NCBI RefSeq assembly: GCF_009834535.1
Contig: NC_045696.1
Location: 118,608,001 to 118,672,000 of the forward strand
Direction of reading: 5' to 3'
DNA length: 64,000 bases
DNA from: Camelus ferus
Lineage: Eukaryota
Positions 1 through 12,237 of this stretch are shown here, piece after piece; positions within the stretch are counted from its first letter, which is position 1, and the number at the start of each line of letters is the position of its first letter. The position numbers and the translations under genes are program-made. Below the pieces are notes generated by a model. That model was given only the letters and a program-made list of their open reading frames with translations. It did not search any database and was not told the DNA's origin.

Positions 1-1910
1 GCTTCTGTCATCTGTCTTCCCGGTGTGCTCCCCAGCTGCCCCGCCAGCATCACTAACACCACTCTTGAGCATCTGGACTTGCCGGAGGTTCACAGCGGAG
101 CAAGGCATCCACGAGAACACAGCGAGGGCCCCCTGGTTCAGGGGGTTGTCAGCTAGTGTGGCCAGTGTGATCTTGTCAGGCCCCAGGGCTGTGGTGGGAG
201 AGTAAATCTGTACACCCAAACGTGGCTGTGCAGAAACCGTGCTCCAAGGTTTCATTCCCACATAGCAGTCCAGCAGTCCCTTGCCAGCTGAAGGCCGCTC
301 AGTCCCTTACCAGTTAACCATCTTTTCAGACAGAAGCCCACAGTCTGCTTCTCTGCCTTGTCTCTCCTCCTCCTGGGATGGTGTCAGGATTCTGGGATGT
401 CTTACATGTCTGTCTGCTGTTTGAAGAGGGGCCTCTGAGTGCCTGCCAGGTCCTTGCTGGCTCTTTTACTGCGTATTTCTGGGCCTCTGTCCCCACCAGA
501 GCCACTGACTGCCCTGTTGGCTTGTGGCTTATGACCCTAAAGACCTTTTATCCTTGTTGCTGGTGACCATGAGTCCCACCACTAGGTTGGGGCAGAGACC
601 GGGCGATCTGGCCAAGGCCTTCTGCTTCATTGTCCATCCCACAGCAGACTGTCCAGGAGGCAGACAGGAGACGAAGAGACTGTCAGGGCAGATGGACATG
701 TGCATCACTTTTTGTTTCTACAGATTTCCTCTTTTTCTACCACCTAATTTGCTGGAGGAGCCTCCCCTCCATTAGTTCCTTGGACCCAAGAACCCGCAGA
801 TGTGCTGGTTCACTCGCATCCATCAGCTGAGCTCCGCTCAGGGCCCAGGACCCATCCCCCTGCCACCTGCTAACACAGCAGGGAGCCGGCAAGTCTGTCC
901 CCAGTGGCACCCCTCAGGCCTCAGAGCTCTGCCTTAAAAGACATAGCATAAAATCAAAGGTAACCTCCAGTCCTGGAAAAGGGGTACAAAAGTGTTTCTT
1001 GTTTCCTGCCGTTGGTTGTCATTAACGTCTTGATGAGTGGAGTTTGTGTTTTTTTATTGAAGAGAGAACAAATCGTAACAGGCTTTTAAGCAAATTGAAA
1101 ACATTCACTCTCTAATTATATCTATTATTCTGTTCCCATTCATTTTGTTTTCTTGTTTTGAAGCAGGCCTTTCTGTTAGCCAGAAACTACAGTCACACTT
1201 TCTGAACCCATTAAAGCTGCCGTTTTCCTGTGCGGTCTGTATGAGGACTGTCAGCCGGTGTGTAGATGTATTCTTAGTGAAGGTTCTAATAAACGGTCAG
1301 GCTGGACTCGTGATGGTACCAGACTTTGCCCCTTGCTGAAAGTACTTTTGGGAAAGGTTTAGAATAGCAGTATTTTCAAATGCAAGGGTGTTTTTCCATG
1401 TATGTTCAGTCAGTCCATACTTACTGTTCACCTGGAATGCACCAGCCACCCTCTTAAGGGCTGGGGGTATTGCCCTGAACAAGACCCTGTGGGGCGCGTT
1501 GGACGACAGTTAACCCAGCAGGTGCATGTGCTAATGTCCGGTGGTGGCAGTGCTTACTGTCAGTGCACTAGAGGAGCTGGTGTGGCGGAGCCCAGAGGGT
1601 GGCCCACGCCGCTATGGTTTGGGTGGGCAGGAAGGCTGCTTGGAGGAGGCGGCAGGGTGGCCAAGAGTGGACCCTGCCATGGGTCCACTGAGCTCTGGTG
1701 GCCGTGGGGCCCCATGTGGACCCGAGGAGTCCTGAGCAAAGACTGGAACAGTATGGCTGAGTGATGACCTAGAATGCGGCATGGGGGGCCTTCTCCATAG
1801 GGTATTGTTAAGGCCCCAGGAAGTGAGAAGCAGATGTTCATGGAGGTGAGCCTGCTTGCTGTACTGAGCCTCAGTTTGGTGCTCATATGGCATCTTTCTA
1901 AAAATGTGTT

Positions 1911-2604
1911 GTATAGTATGGAGATTCCTCAAAAAACTAGAAAGTAGACTTACCATATGATCCAGCAATCCCACTCCTGGGCATATATCCAGAGGAAACT
2001 CTAATTTGAAAAGATATGTGCACCCCAATCCTCACAGCATCACTATTTACAATAGCCAAGACATGGAAACAACCTAAATGTCTAGCAGATGGCTGGATAA
2101 AGAAATTGTGGTATATTTATACAATGGAATACTACTCAGCCATAAAAAGAATAAAATAATGCCATTTGCAGCAACATGGATGGACCTGGAGCTTGTCATT
2201 CTAAGTGAAGTAAGCCAGAAAGAGAAAGAAAAATACCATACGGTATCACTTATATGTGGAATCTTAAAAAGAATGACACGAACTTACGTACAAAACAGAA
2301 ACAGATTCACAGACATAGAGAACAAACTCATGGTTACCAGTGGGGAGAGAGGGTGGGATAAATTGGAAGTTTGAGATTTGCAGATACTAACTTTTTTATT
2401 TATTAAATATTTATTTATAAAAATAAATAAACAAGTTTATACTGTATAGCACAGGGAACTATGTTCAGTATCTTGTAGTAACCTATAATGAAAAAGAATA
2501 TGAAAAGGAATATATGTATGTATATGTATGACTGAAACATGATGCTGTGCACCAGAAGTTGACACAACATTGTAAACTGATTATACTTAAATTAAAAAGG
2601 GGAA
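1911..2604 (+). mobile_element. 5'-truncated LINE-1 (ORF2 C-terminus + 3' UTR), intronic, sense to TBC1D5
   Basis: Encodes ...[26 protein letters not shown]-rich tail. TSD aaaaatgtgtt at 1900-1910 and 2605-2615. Confidence 0.9.
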
Positions 2605-3409
2605 AAAAATGTGTTTTAATCACCCCCCCACCAGCACAGTCCTCTGCATGCCCCAGGAGAGATGGCATTCCCTCCTTAGGCACCCGCCTCGGAAGCCACA
2701 GTCACCAGTCGGGCTGGGTGCACCCCGCGGGGGGCGGGGGAAGGTGAGGTCCACTGTGCTGAAGCTGTCGGTGGGCAGCTCCGTGTGATGCTGAGGCTGG
2801 TGGGAAGAGCTGGCTGGGTGGGGCCTCAGATCAGGTCCAGATGAAGAGCCTCTCCTGTGGAGGCCAGGCCTCCAGGCCAGCTTCTCCTGCGGAGACCAAG
2901 CTGCATGCAGACCCTGGGTTAGGTCCTGCTGACTCCATGGGCACCATGGTCTGATGACAGCCATAGTGCCGTGAGTCTGTCCTTTTATTGTTACCTGTTG
3001 CATTGAATCGACAGCCTGATTTACTGTTGAAATTTTTTAATACGGTGTCTTTAAGTCACCTGGGTGGACCTGGTCCTTAGAGAGAGGGGGTGAGTTAACA
3101 TCATTGAACTGGGAGACAGTGCTGCAGGAAGCCCACCCAGACGTTGGATGAGTTCTCCCTGCCACTCACCAGGTCAGAGGTCAGCAAGGGGGCCTGGTCT
3201 GTCTGGGGAAGAGAGACTCACCTGTCTGTAACACGACATGTGCATGTCACACAGGAAAGGCCGGCATCCCGGCACTGGCCCATCATCCTTGTGGAAGAGT
3301 TGCTGCGAAATTTTGCAGAAAAATTCCCAGGCTTGCCCAGGTTGTGGTTTGGCAGCAGATAAGTCATGCTCAGAGCAGTAGTTACAAAATGTCATTCTTC
3401 TCTTTTCAG

Positions 3410-3489
3410 TAAATATTCAAGATGTGATACTACAAGAAAATTTGGAAAAAGAAGACCAAATTCTGGTTTCCCTGGCAGGATTAAAGCAG
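3410..3489 (+). CDS. TBC1D5: TBC1 domain family member 5, third-to-last coding exon (80 bp), (V)NIQDVILQENLEKEDQILVSLAGLKQ
   Basis: Acceptor tcttttcAG at 3408-3409 and donor CAG|GTATGT at 3490. Phase-1 start, phase-0 end. Translation matches the TBC1D5 C-terminal coiled-coil region as recalled and splices in frame to 4309. Confidence 0.93.
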
Positions 3490-4308
3490 GTATGTCCGTG
3501 GATCTGACTTTGTGTCCCCCAGGCTGCCCTTTTAGTGCCTGCTGGAGAGGGTACCACAGGGCAGGGTCCGGTGACATCAGAGCCAGCATCCCCAGGCCCC
3601 ACATTTCCTCTGAGAGCCCCTCCTGACTCCGCACCTTCTTACAGCCCCTGCTCCTTCCAGCCCTTATGTCCGACTGACTCCCAGCCCACACTGGTTTCTC
3701 ATCTGCCACCCCGCCCCTTCCTTTTGGCAAACTCATTTTGTTTTCCTCCTCCTCAAAGCTGCAGTGGCGTGTGGGCTTCAGCTGACGTCCAGTCACTCAC
3801 CGTGAAGACATGAGGGCCCTGGGAGCACACGGCATAAATCACCACCTCCTAGGTCAGGCCTCAGCCCCTTGAGGGCCGCACTTACTCAGTCCTTGAAGGG
3901 CCAAGTGGAACAGGAATGTCACTAGAAAGAGCACAGGCCCTCGGTGTCGGCCTGGTTATGCACCCTCAGCTGGGGCAGGGCCACTTCAGGAGCTGAAGGC
4001 TGTTCCGGGGGCCGAGGAGCAGACATGAGTGCTTCTGCTTTAGGGTAACTGCCAAGGATGTGACCCCGTGTCTGCCCCTGGCCATTAATAATGACTGAGA
4101 AGTTTTCCTTGGCTGTTCGTAAATCAGTGGTTTTGATAGAACTGGGATTTTTTTTTCTGTTCTTTCTTTCTTACGGTAAGATATTCGCACCTGTGCTATA
4201 GTGGAATTGTCAATGACCAGGCTAGTGTGGCGGGATTAGAGGTTTAGCGGACGTTTAAAAACAAACTCATTCCTCTTTCTCATTTGTTTTCTTCCTCTTT
4301 GGAAATAG

Positions 4309-4425
4309 ATCAAAGACATCCTCAAAGGTTCCCTGCGTTTCAACCAGAGCCAGCTGGAGGCTGAAGAGAACGCACAGATCACCATCTCAGATGACCACTA
4401 CCAAGGGCCTGGGGCCATCAAGCAG
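4309..4425 (+). CDS. TBC1D5: TBC1D5 penultimate coding exon (117 bp), IKDILKGSLRFNQSQLEAEENAQITISDDHYQGPGAIKQ
   Basis: Polypyrimidine tract plus tAG at 4307-4308 and donor CAG|GTACCG at 4426. 39 codons, phase 0/0. Recalled TBC1D5 sequence IKDILKGSLRFNQSQLEAEE. Confidence 0.94.
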
Positions 4426-6074
4426 GTACCGGTGGGCTGATGAACACTGTCACGTTCCCATGAGGGGGGCACAGTCAAAGTTACGAATAACAAAACCCAA
4501 CCAAAGTTTAACTGCAAAATACGAGTGACCTGAGCCCGGGGTGCTGCATAGAGCTACGCGGTAGGCAGTGCCATTCGGAATAATTAGACTAGTGTCTCCC
4601 TGGAATTGTGCAGTGCACAACCTAAACACCTGTACACAGCAGCTTTGGTCTGAGCTTCCTGCCATTCCCCTCATGCAGCGTTAGAAAGCCGGATCTCTGC
4701 TCAGATCTTGGTCAGTTGCCTCCAGCTGCTGCCTCCTTCCCCTTTAGCACAAGCAGTACTGTCCACGCTCTCCTCATGCTGTCTGGAGTATATTTCACTT
4801 GCCTAAAAACCACCTGCTTGCCTCACCAGTGAGGAGACACAGGCTTCCCAGGCGTGGTTTGCGGGGCCCCCACCCCGGTCCCAACAGCTCCAGCCCCACC
4901 ACACGGCCTCCCTGCGCATTAGTTGGTGGGACTGAATTTCCCTAATAACGTTCTTTCTAAATGGTTTGCAGAGTTTCGTCTTGAAAAACGTACATTAGCA
5001 AAATCTCATCTAAGTTTCTCAAAAACTAGCATCCAGAGGATTATGAATTATGTATTTTGTATGATTTTTAAAAAGCAGAATGACACTTCAGAATGGGAGT
5101 TTCTCTGTTTGGAGAGTACTCTGCAGGAAGAGAGAACCCGGTGTGGTTAATGTCATCCAGCTCTAAAAGGAAGTTTTCAGAGAGCATTTTGAGTCTGCAC
5201 TTTTAGCCACGTGAATACAGCGTTAGCATCGCAAGGTTACCTGCATTAGTTTCTCGAAATTCCCCTTCCATGCACAGATATTTGATTTTTAAGAATTATT
5301 TACCTCTTCAAGCGTTATTGAGCTTACGCTTGCCCCCACCAATCATTTTTAATTGACAGTTTTATTTTAAAATATAGCGTGGTTGTTTTGGTTAACTGGG
5401 TGAAAATATAGAAAAAGACCTTTCAAAGACACTAACGAGTTTGCTAAATTTAAAACTTCTTAATTGTGCTCTGTCATCGTCATTCCCAGTTTTCATATTT
5501 GAAAGAAATTTCCTGTGGCCACCGCTGCCCCAGTGAACCCAGTGTGATGCCCTCGTCCCGGCAGGGCCAGCCCCCGTGCAGGCTCCAAGAGACCTTCGTG
5601 CCTCTGAAACCCCACAGACCCCACTGCTGCCTTCTCAGCTCTGTAGGGTTACGTGGGGAAGGGCTGCCCTTCTCCCCTCACCCCCTGCCATGCCAGAGGA
5701 CCGGGCCCGCCCCCTGGGGGCAGAGGGCTCAGGGTCCTCCTGCCAGGAGCTGAAAAGCGCTCTTCCCTGGTGGGTTTGTAGGCCCCCTCGCTCCCCAGTG
5801 GAGGTCGGTGGAGATGTGGCTGTTCTTTCCATCTCATTTACACATCTCCTCTCCAGCTCTGCCGACAGCAGCGGTGAAATCGTATTCCCTAGACTGAAAA
5901 AGCCGTATTCTCTCCCTCCCTTCTGGAGTCTGTTCCTCACACCCTCCTTTGTTTGGGGTGAACTTTGCTCAGATCTCTGCAGTAGACGGCAGGATGATGT
6001 AGGGTCCTGGACCCATTGGTCAAGCAGCCCATCCACATGCCTCGGTGGTACTGGGTCCTCTGTTTTGATCCGTG

Positions 6075-6300
6075 GTCTGCAGCCATGTGGTCTATTACAG
6101 GAAAACTGGCCACATGTGTCTACCTAACATTCAAATTAAATTCATTAGGATTAAAAAGAACTAAAAGTTAAAAAGTCTGTTCCTCAGTCACACTGGGCAC
6201 CCTTCCAGGGCTCAGTGTCCACATGGAGGGGGCCCCTGGCCCAGACAGCACAGAGAGGGACGTTTCGTCAGCGTAGATCACCACTGTTGCGGAGCACTGA
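6075..6300. mobile_element. hAT-Charlie non-autonomous relic (MER3/MER33-like)
   Basis: gccacatgtg...ttcctcagtcacact...cagcacag...agcactg motifs, heavily diverged. Confidence 0.5.
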
Positions 6301-7365
6301 TCAGTAGCTGGACTCACCTGCTTCCACCACGATCCTAAATCAAGCTGAGAAATGAGGCAGGGCCAGGGGGCCCAGGCGGTGGTCCTGGCCTGTTTGAGGC
6401 AGGACTGACAGGCTGAGAAACTTTGTAAATTGTGTTGTATGTGCCAGGGTCTGGCAGAAAGAGAGGACTGACCCAGAGGTTTACAGAGTTTCTGTGAAGG
6501 ATGTAAGTGGCACCAAGTAGTCACCAAGGCGGCTGTAAAAATCCAGAAAGCAAGCTGATTTGTGTCTGGAAAAAATTCCAGGTCGGGGGGTCCAGAAGGG
6601 TGGGACAGCAGCCAAGCCACCAGGCCTCTGGCCTGGGCTGCAAGATACAGGGGCCGGGGGTGAGCACGGGAGATGGTTGCGGAGGCCCTGTCAGCTCGAG
6701 TGTGCTTTGTCTAAGCCAGTCGTGACTTTCTCTGGGGACCAGGGGAGGGCACTGTCAGCCACCACTTACCACTTAGACCCACTGCTTTTCCAGAAACAGG
6801 CCAGATAATTAGTGTTGGCAGGAGCCATCATTCCTTCTGGTCACAAGTTTGTAGCCTGTTTCTCCTCTTCAAGTCCTTCCCCTGTTGCGACTGCACTGAA
6901 GGGGGATGGGTTCTCGCAGCCCTTCTGTGGCAGAGACACCGCTCTGAACAGGGGACCCGCTGTACGTGCTCACTCCGTTTTCAACCAAAGACAAACGCTG
7001 CCAGGCAGCAGTCCAGCCCCAGTCCCCGTGTGGGGTGAGAGGGCAGGATTCTCAGGGCTCCGGTGCGGGGTACCAGTCCCATGGACAGAGCATCCACCGT
7101 CTGGAGGTGGGAGGGCACGGCTGGGCCCCGGCCCTGGCCACCTCACACAGGCATCTTTCCCACCAGACTGCCCCAGAGCTGCCTGAGATGACGTCCCCCG
7201 CGACCAGGGTGCCAGGTGCCACGGGTCACTTCCGTTTTCTGGGAATTGATGTGCTGATAGGCTGTAAACAGCTACAAAACTTGAGGCGAAGAAACTCCAG
7301 GCCTGGTGTCTCAGCACTGGGATCTTTAGTGCCAATTCTGTTTCTGTTCTCCAAGTCAACCTGTC

Positions 7366-7476
7366 TTTTTTTTTAAAAAAAGATTATTTATTATTTATAT
7401 AACAGAGGTACTGGGGATTGAACCCAGGATCTTGTGCATGCCAAGCACGTGCTCTACCACTGAGCGATGCTCTGCC
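7366..7476 (-). mobile_element. Short tRNA-derived SINE (Vic-1-like), intronic
   Basis: Minus strand reads gctcagtggtagagcacgtgcttggcatgcacaagatcctgggttcaatccccagtacctc, with Pol III A/B boxes and an A-rich tail. Confidence 0.8.
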
Positions 7477-8521
7477 ACCTCGACCTCTTAGAGGTAGGCA
7501 GCTTGTCAGAGGGGTAGGCACCTGAGCCGTTAAGAAGCCACTTGCTCCCCATGTCACTGAGGAGACAGATTCAGAGGGGTCTGTCCATCGGGCCTGGATT
7601 TTCCTGAGAAGCATTGCCAGCTCCCTTCCAGGCTCTGCCCACAGCCCACAGGTGGCCTCGGTGATACCAGGCTGGAGGCCAGAGGACCTGGGGGCCTTCC
7701 AGCCAAGGGGCTCTGCACCACTTGTTGGACTTTAGACCCTGCCCCCGTCCCCGCCCGCTGCAGGGGGAGCAGGCTGATGGGGCAGGGGGCAGGCGTGGGC
7801 ATTACATCCACTTAACCGCACAAGGCGAGGGGCTTTTCCTGCCACGCTGGCAGTGCAACCTCCTTGGTCAGACGGTGGCTTCCCTTCCATCCCAGGGCTG
7901 GCAGGAGCATCTCTGATCTTAACCCAAAACCTTTTCCCAGTGTACGTGGATGTCAGCTTCCTTAGTTAAAAAACAAAACACGTAATTACTTCGAAAGAAA
8001 GGGAAATAATTATAGAGTAAAGCAATTCCATCTCTATACTATTTGCAAAGTACCATTCTCGGTTTATGTGTTTGTAGAACTCCCCAGTCCCCACCATTGT
8101 CCCTGGAGACCCCCAAGGGCACAGCTAGAGGCCGAGCTGGCTGGGAGGTGTAGGGGAGCGGGTGGAACGTGCTAGGCCCTCCTGACTCCCTCCCGCAAGC
8201 AGTAGTCATGTCCCTCCAGCTTTGGGGCTCCTGTGGCCTCACATGTGGGCACATCATTCCCTGCGCAGTCACCTCACCCTGGGGCGCAGATGGAAACGCT
8301 GGGCTTATCCTTCCCGGCTGCAGATGAGAGACCTCGACCCCGAGGTGAAGGGGTGATGAGTCAGGCCGGGCAACAGCCCATCCCACGGGAGGCCTTCTCT
8401 GCTCCCTGGGGCCGTGCGCCCGTCTGCATGCCCATCTGGGAGGATCCCACAGGCCCCGCCCAGCCCCCCCTTTCCCTGTTTCTGCCCACCCCCCACCTCC
8501 TGTGCTCTGACTCCTTCCCAG

Positions 8522-8803
8522 GCCCCTGCGGCTGCGCCAGGGCGCACGGATGGAGGCGGCATGGACGACTTCATCCTCCTCTCCAAGGAAGATGAGGGGG
8601 GCAGCCCCAGGGCGCCCCTGTCGGGCCAGGCCCAGCCCCTGCGCCCCATCCGGAGCTCAGCCCGGCCCACCCTGGTGTTCTCCGACCCACTGACCGGCCC
8701 GGCCTCGGCCTCCTCCAGCAACCCCAGCTCCAGCCCCGACGACGACAGCAGCGGCCACAGCAAGGACTCGGGCTTCACCATCGTGAGCCCCCTGGACCTC
8801 TGA
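8522..8803 (+). CDS. TBC1D5: TBC1D5 terminal coding exon (93 aa + TGA), ending ...SSPDDDSSGHSKDSGFTIVSPLDL*, containing the C-terminal LIR (FTIV)
   Basis: Acceptor ctccttcccAG at 8520-8521. In frame within ORF 8414..8803. Motifs DDFIL, VFSDPL and DSGFTIVSPLD match the TBC1D5 C-terminus as recalled. Confidence 0.95.
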   Translation, partial: APAAAPGRTDGGGMDDFILLSKEDEGGSPRAPLSGQAQPLRPIRSSARPTLVFSDPLTGPASASSSNPSSSPDDDSSGHSKDSGFTIVSPLDL

Positions 8804-10323
8804 CGGCCGCCTGGCCACCTCCGCCGCCCAAGGCCCCACCCCGGCCCCCCGGGAGACGTGCCTCTGAAACCCAGCCTCTTCCCAGTGTGCATGTGGCCTT
8901 AGTGCGGCCCCAGGAGCCCTGCAGAGAAAGGCAGGGGGCCAGTGAGCGTGCAGATGGACAGACCTCCCCCAAAACACAACCAGGGCTTTCCGGCAGTCGC
9001 TCACCCCCACCCACCCTCGCTCTGGGGTGGAGCTGGGTCAGGTACCCAGTGTCACACTCAAAAAAGACCACACCTCAGCAAGATTCACTGCCCCGTCCCC
9101 TCCTCCGCAGCCAAGAAGGGGTTGTCACGCCACCAGGTGTGTCCGGAGGAGGAAGGGGGTAGTTCCAGGTCCTCCCTCCCCCAGCGTCGGGCAGAGGAAA
9201 TCTCACTGACAGCAAGAAAACGTTCCCTCTGGAAATTGAAGCTCTCAGCCTATTTTCTCCTTCATTCCTCCCCCAGGAAGCCACACAGCAGAGCCAGATG
9301 CAACCAAATGGACTAGAACTAGTGGATTCCAGGAATGGGCTGGAAGCAGCCTCGCAGGAAGTTACAGTGATCCTTGGGAACAGGGTCTAAACTTAGGGAT
9401 CGTATTTAGGCGTGAAGCGGCTTAGAGTACTTTCATATATTAAAGAAGATACTTCCAAACCTCAGGCCAGATCAGCTCTGGCCATCGCTGCCCCTCCTGA
9501 AACGATTGCACTTCACCCTTTAAAATCCTTCACAGCCAGAAAGGAGGTCACTTCACGCCAGTCTTTGCCACACTCATTTCCAAAGTTGTAAGAATGTTCC
9601 TTCCTTGAATAGGAAAATGTGACTCTGACGTTAAGGGATTAACATCTTTCAGATGGCTGATTCTCCGATAGAGCTTCTGTCGTGTGGGGGCCGTGTCCCC
9701 CTGTCAACTGTAAAGGGGGAAACCCAGGCTCATTCCCACCCAGAGTCGGGAGCTCCCACCGGCCTTACAGGAGTGGGAACAGGGACTTGGACCTGGGGGA
9801 CCAGGGCTTCCTCGAGAGCTCTCCGGGTGCCAGGAGGATGCAGGCTTCTGTGGGAGCCAAGTGTGGGAGCTGCCAGGCACCCCAGGCACCACCCCTGGGG
9901 CCGGACCAGGGCTCCTGCACAGAGCAGAGATTTCCCGTTGGTGGGCAGCTTAGGGAACCGTCGGGGTCATAAGGCACCACCGGAGCTGTTTCTCCCCTGG
10001 AGGAGAAGGGTCTGGGAGAGGACACTGTCCCCCTCCTTGCCCGAGCAGCTCCTGACCGGGTGACCCAGTGCCCTGTCACCTCCACCGGGGGGACCAGCCA
10101 GTGCCCTGGGCTTCTGCCAGGACGGCAAGGCCTCTGGGCAGTAAAAGCTCTCATGGCAACAAGGGAGGAGCTGGGTGTGAAGGAAGAGATCTCCCCACCA
10201 TGCCCCTGCCCCAGCTCTGCTCACCATGGGTTTCTCTGTAGACGTACAGAGAACCCTCCAAAAAACATCAGTGCCTCGAGTCAGCCACTGTGGAGAGAGT
10301 TCTAACTAGCTCTATAAGTTGGG

Positions 10324-10411
10324 TTTTTTTTTCCCCTTAACAGGGGCCCTGGGGAGCGAACCCAGGACCTCGTGCACCCAAGCACACACTCTGCCCCTGA
10401 GCTACACCCCC
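10324..10411 (-). mobile_element. Short tRNA-derived SINE (Vic-1-like) within the TBC1D5 3' UTR
   Basis: Minus strand reads ggggtgtagctcaggggcagagtgtgtgcttgggtgcacgaggtcctgggttcgctccccagg, with a T-run at 10324. Homologous to the 7366 SINE. Confidence 0.75.
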
Positions 10412-12231
10412 ATTCCTTCCATCTGGCTCTTAACTGGAGCAGGGAAGCCTCCTCCTGACCCAGCGGCTCAGATGACAGGGCCGTCTGCCTTCCGCCATGA
10501 CTGAGGTGCACTGACGGCTCTCCAGCTCCTGACCCTGAGTGGTCCACTCGGCACCCGGTGGGGATGACACCCTGAGTAGGGGGCTGCCACCTACACGACC
10601 CCTGGATGACACCCGTGAGCTCCTGAGGTCCCCACATGGCAAGTGGCCCGGCGGCTGTGCAGGACCTGGCAGGAGGCAGGCAGTGTGGAGCTATCCCCTG
10701 ACAGCTGGGCCACGGGGGCGCCAGACCCCCAGCACACCCGCAAGGCTCGAGGCTAGTGCCCCTCCCCTGCCAGCGTGCCAGGGCTGGTGCCCCATCTATG
10801 CTTCCGCGCCGGTGCCCCCCACCCAGTGAGAACCAGGGGGTCACTCCGAGTGTCGCTTCTTGCCCCCTCCCCCCAGGGCCGCTCCCTCCTCAGAGAAAAG
10901 AAACCCACGAGGGGGAGTGGGGCGTGGGAGGGGCGCCCTCAAATTCCCATAGGTTCATGGGGTTCATGATTGTATTACTGTCTTATTTTTTTTTAAGAGA
11001 CTTGTTTTTATTCTTCAGAGTTAAGCACCATTTGCCTTTTTATTAGTTACAGTGCTTTTAAAGAATACGTTTTCCTTCCTTTTTATTACTTTATCAAGTA
11101 GTTATGCTTTGTTGCACATTTTTTTAAAATCCTGAATATATGAAGCCTTTAAGTTTTTCTTTAACAAATATGGTAATCATTGGAAGCTTCTCTTGTTTTG
11201 ATGTTTAGCAGTTAAATATATTTTCAAGAGGTCAGGTATAGGTTAAGTCTCATTGTCTTCCTCTTTTTTTATACATGCCCCATTTCTCCATTCCTCTCAG
11301 ATCTGTTTGGAAATTTGAGTTAAGATGGATCTCTGTACGTTATAGTTGCGAGTTACAGAATCAAGAAAGTCACTCTGACTTGCCTTACCTCGTGTGTATG
11401 CCAAGGGGTCGCGTAACACTTCATACAGTTAATTGTGCTGGATTATTCTTCCAAAGATGACCTCCTGCTCATCTCCCCTGCCAACTGCAGTCTGACAAGA
11501 AGTAACATCTTTGCAGAGTAAATGTGACTAAAAGGAAACCAGGACCCCCGTGACCGGCCTTGTCTGCCCACAGCTGAGCTGACTCGTGTGCTCCGGTCCC
11601 CGCCACTAACACGAACGATGCCTCTCCTTTGTCAGAGACGACGGACAAATGGAAAACTCAGTGACAGTTACGACAGCCTGCCAGAGGTGGCCGCAATTAT
11701 TTTTTGTTTTTATGTTAGTGTTTCTCTAAGAAGTTGCCCCCGGGGGTCATTACGGAACAAGGGTGTGTGGAGGCCCGTGTCCCCGTGTTCTGAGGGGCTG
11801 TCCTGGAGCACCTGCGGCCATCCCATCCCTCCTGCCCCACAGGTGCCTACCTGGCTGCCCATGGGTCCAGAGCAGGGCCTGGGGGAGGCCGTAGGGGAGG
11901 CGGGGGTGGAGGCTGGGAGGAGGGAGTAGGCAGCTGAAGCCGGGCTTCCTTCGCACGGGCCAAACCAGCTTCCCAGGTGTTACTTTCAAAAGCTCTCTTT
12001 TTACGGTGTTAAAAATACAATGTTCTTGTAAACAGGCTGGAGACCACTTTGATGTAAAAGCTGTCATGATCACGCTCCTCCCAGGGGCACAGCTCATTTG
12101 ATTTACGGGATACGCAGCTGTGCTGTTTCTGTCCGATCGCTGCTTTTCTCACTCATCTTTACTCTGTAACTCATACTGATTTAAGAAATGACTTATCTGT
12201 TGGGCAAAGTGACCCCATCCAGTATGATTAT

Positions 12232-12237
12232 AATAAA
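12232..12237 (+). terminator. Polyadenylation signal AATAAA (probable TBC1D5 distal PAS)
   Basis: tatAATAAAagactcattgaaactga, followed by a GT/T-rich tract (ttgacttgtttcc) and an abrupt return to GC-rich sequence. Confidence 0.65.

Noticed and set aside
2392..2431. AT-rich quasi-palindrome inside an L1 3' UTR
   Set aside because: Low-complexity slippage in the L1 AT tract.
5576..6127. 183-aa intronic ORF and many similar 60-190-aa Pro/Gly/Arg-rich ORFs
   Set aside because: Expected by chance at high GC; no homology recognised and no splice support.
7405..7476. tRNA-like sequence
   Set aside because: Has an A-rich tail, a degenerate acceptor stem and a diverged relative at 10324, so it is a SINE rather than a tRNA gene.
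8305..8892. 195-aa minus-strand ORF overlapping the last TBC1D5 exon
   Set aside because: Antisense shadow of a ~90% GC3 exon; no recognisable domain or exon structure.
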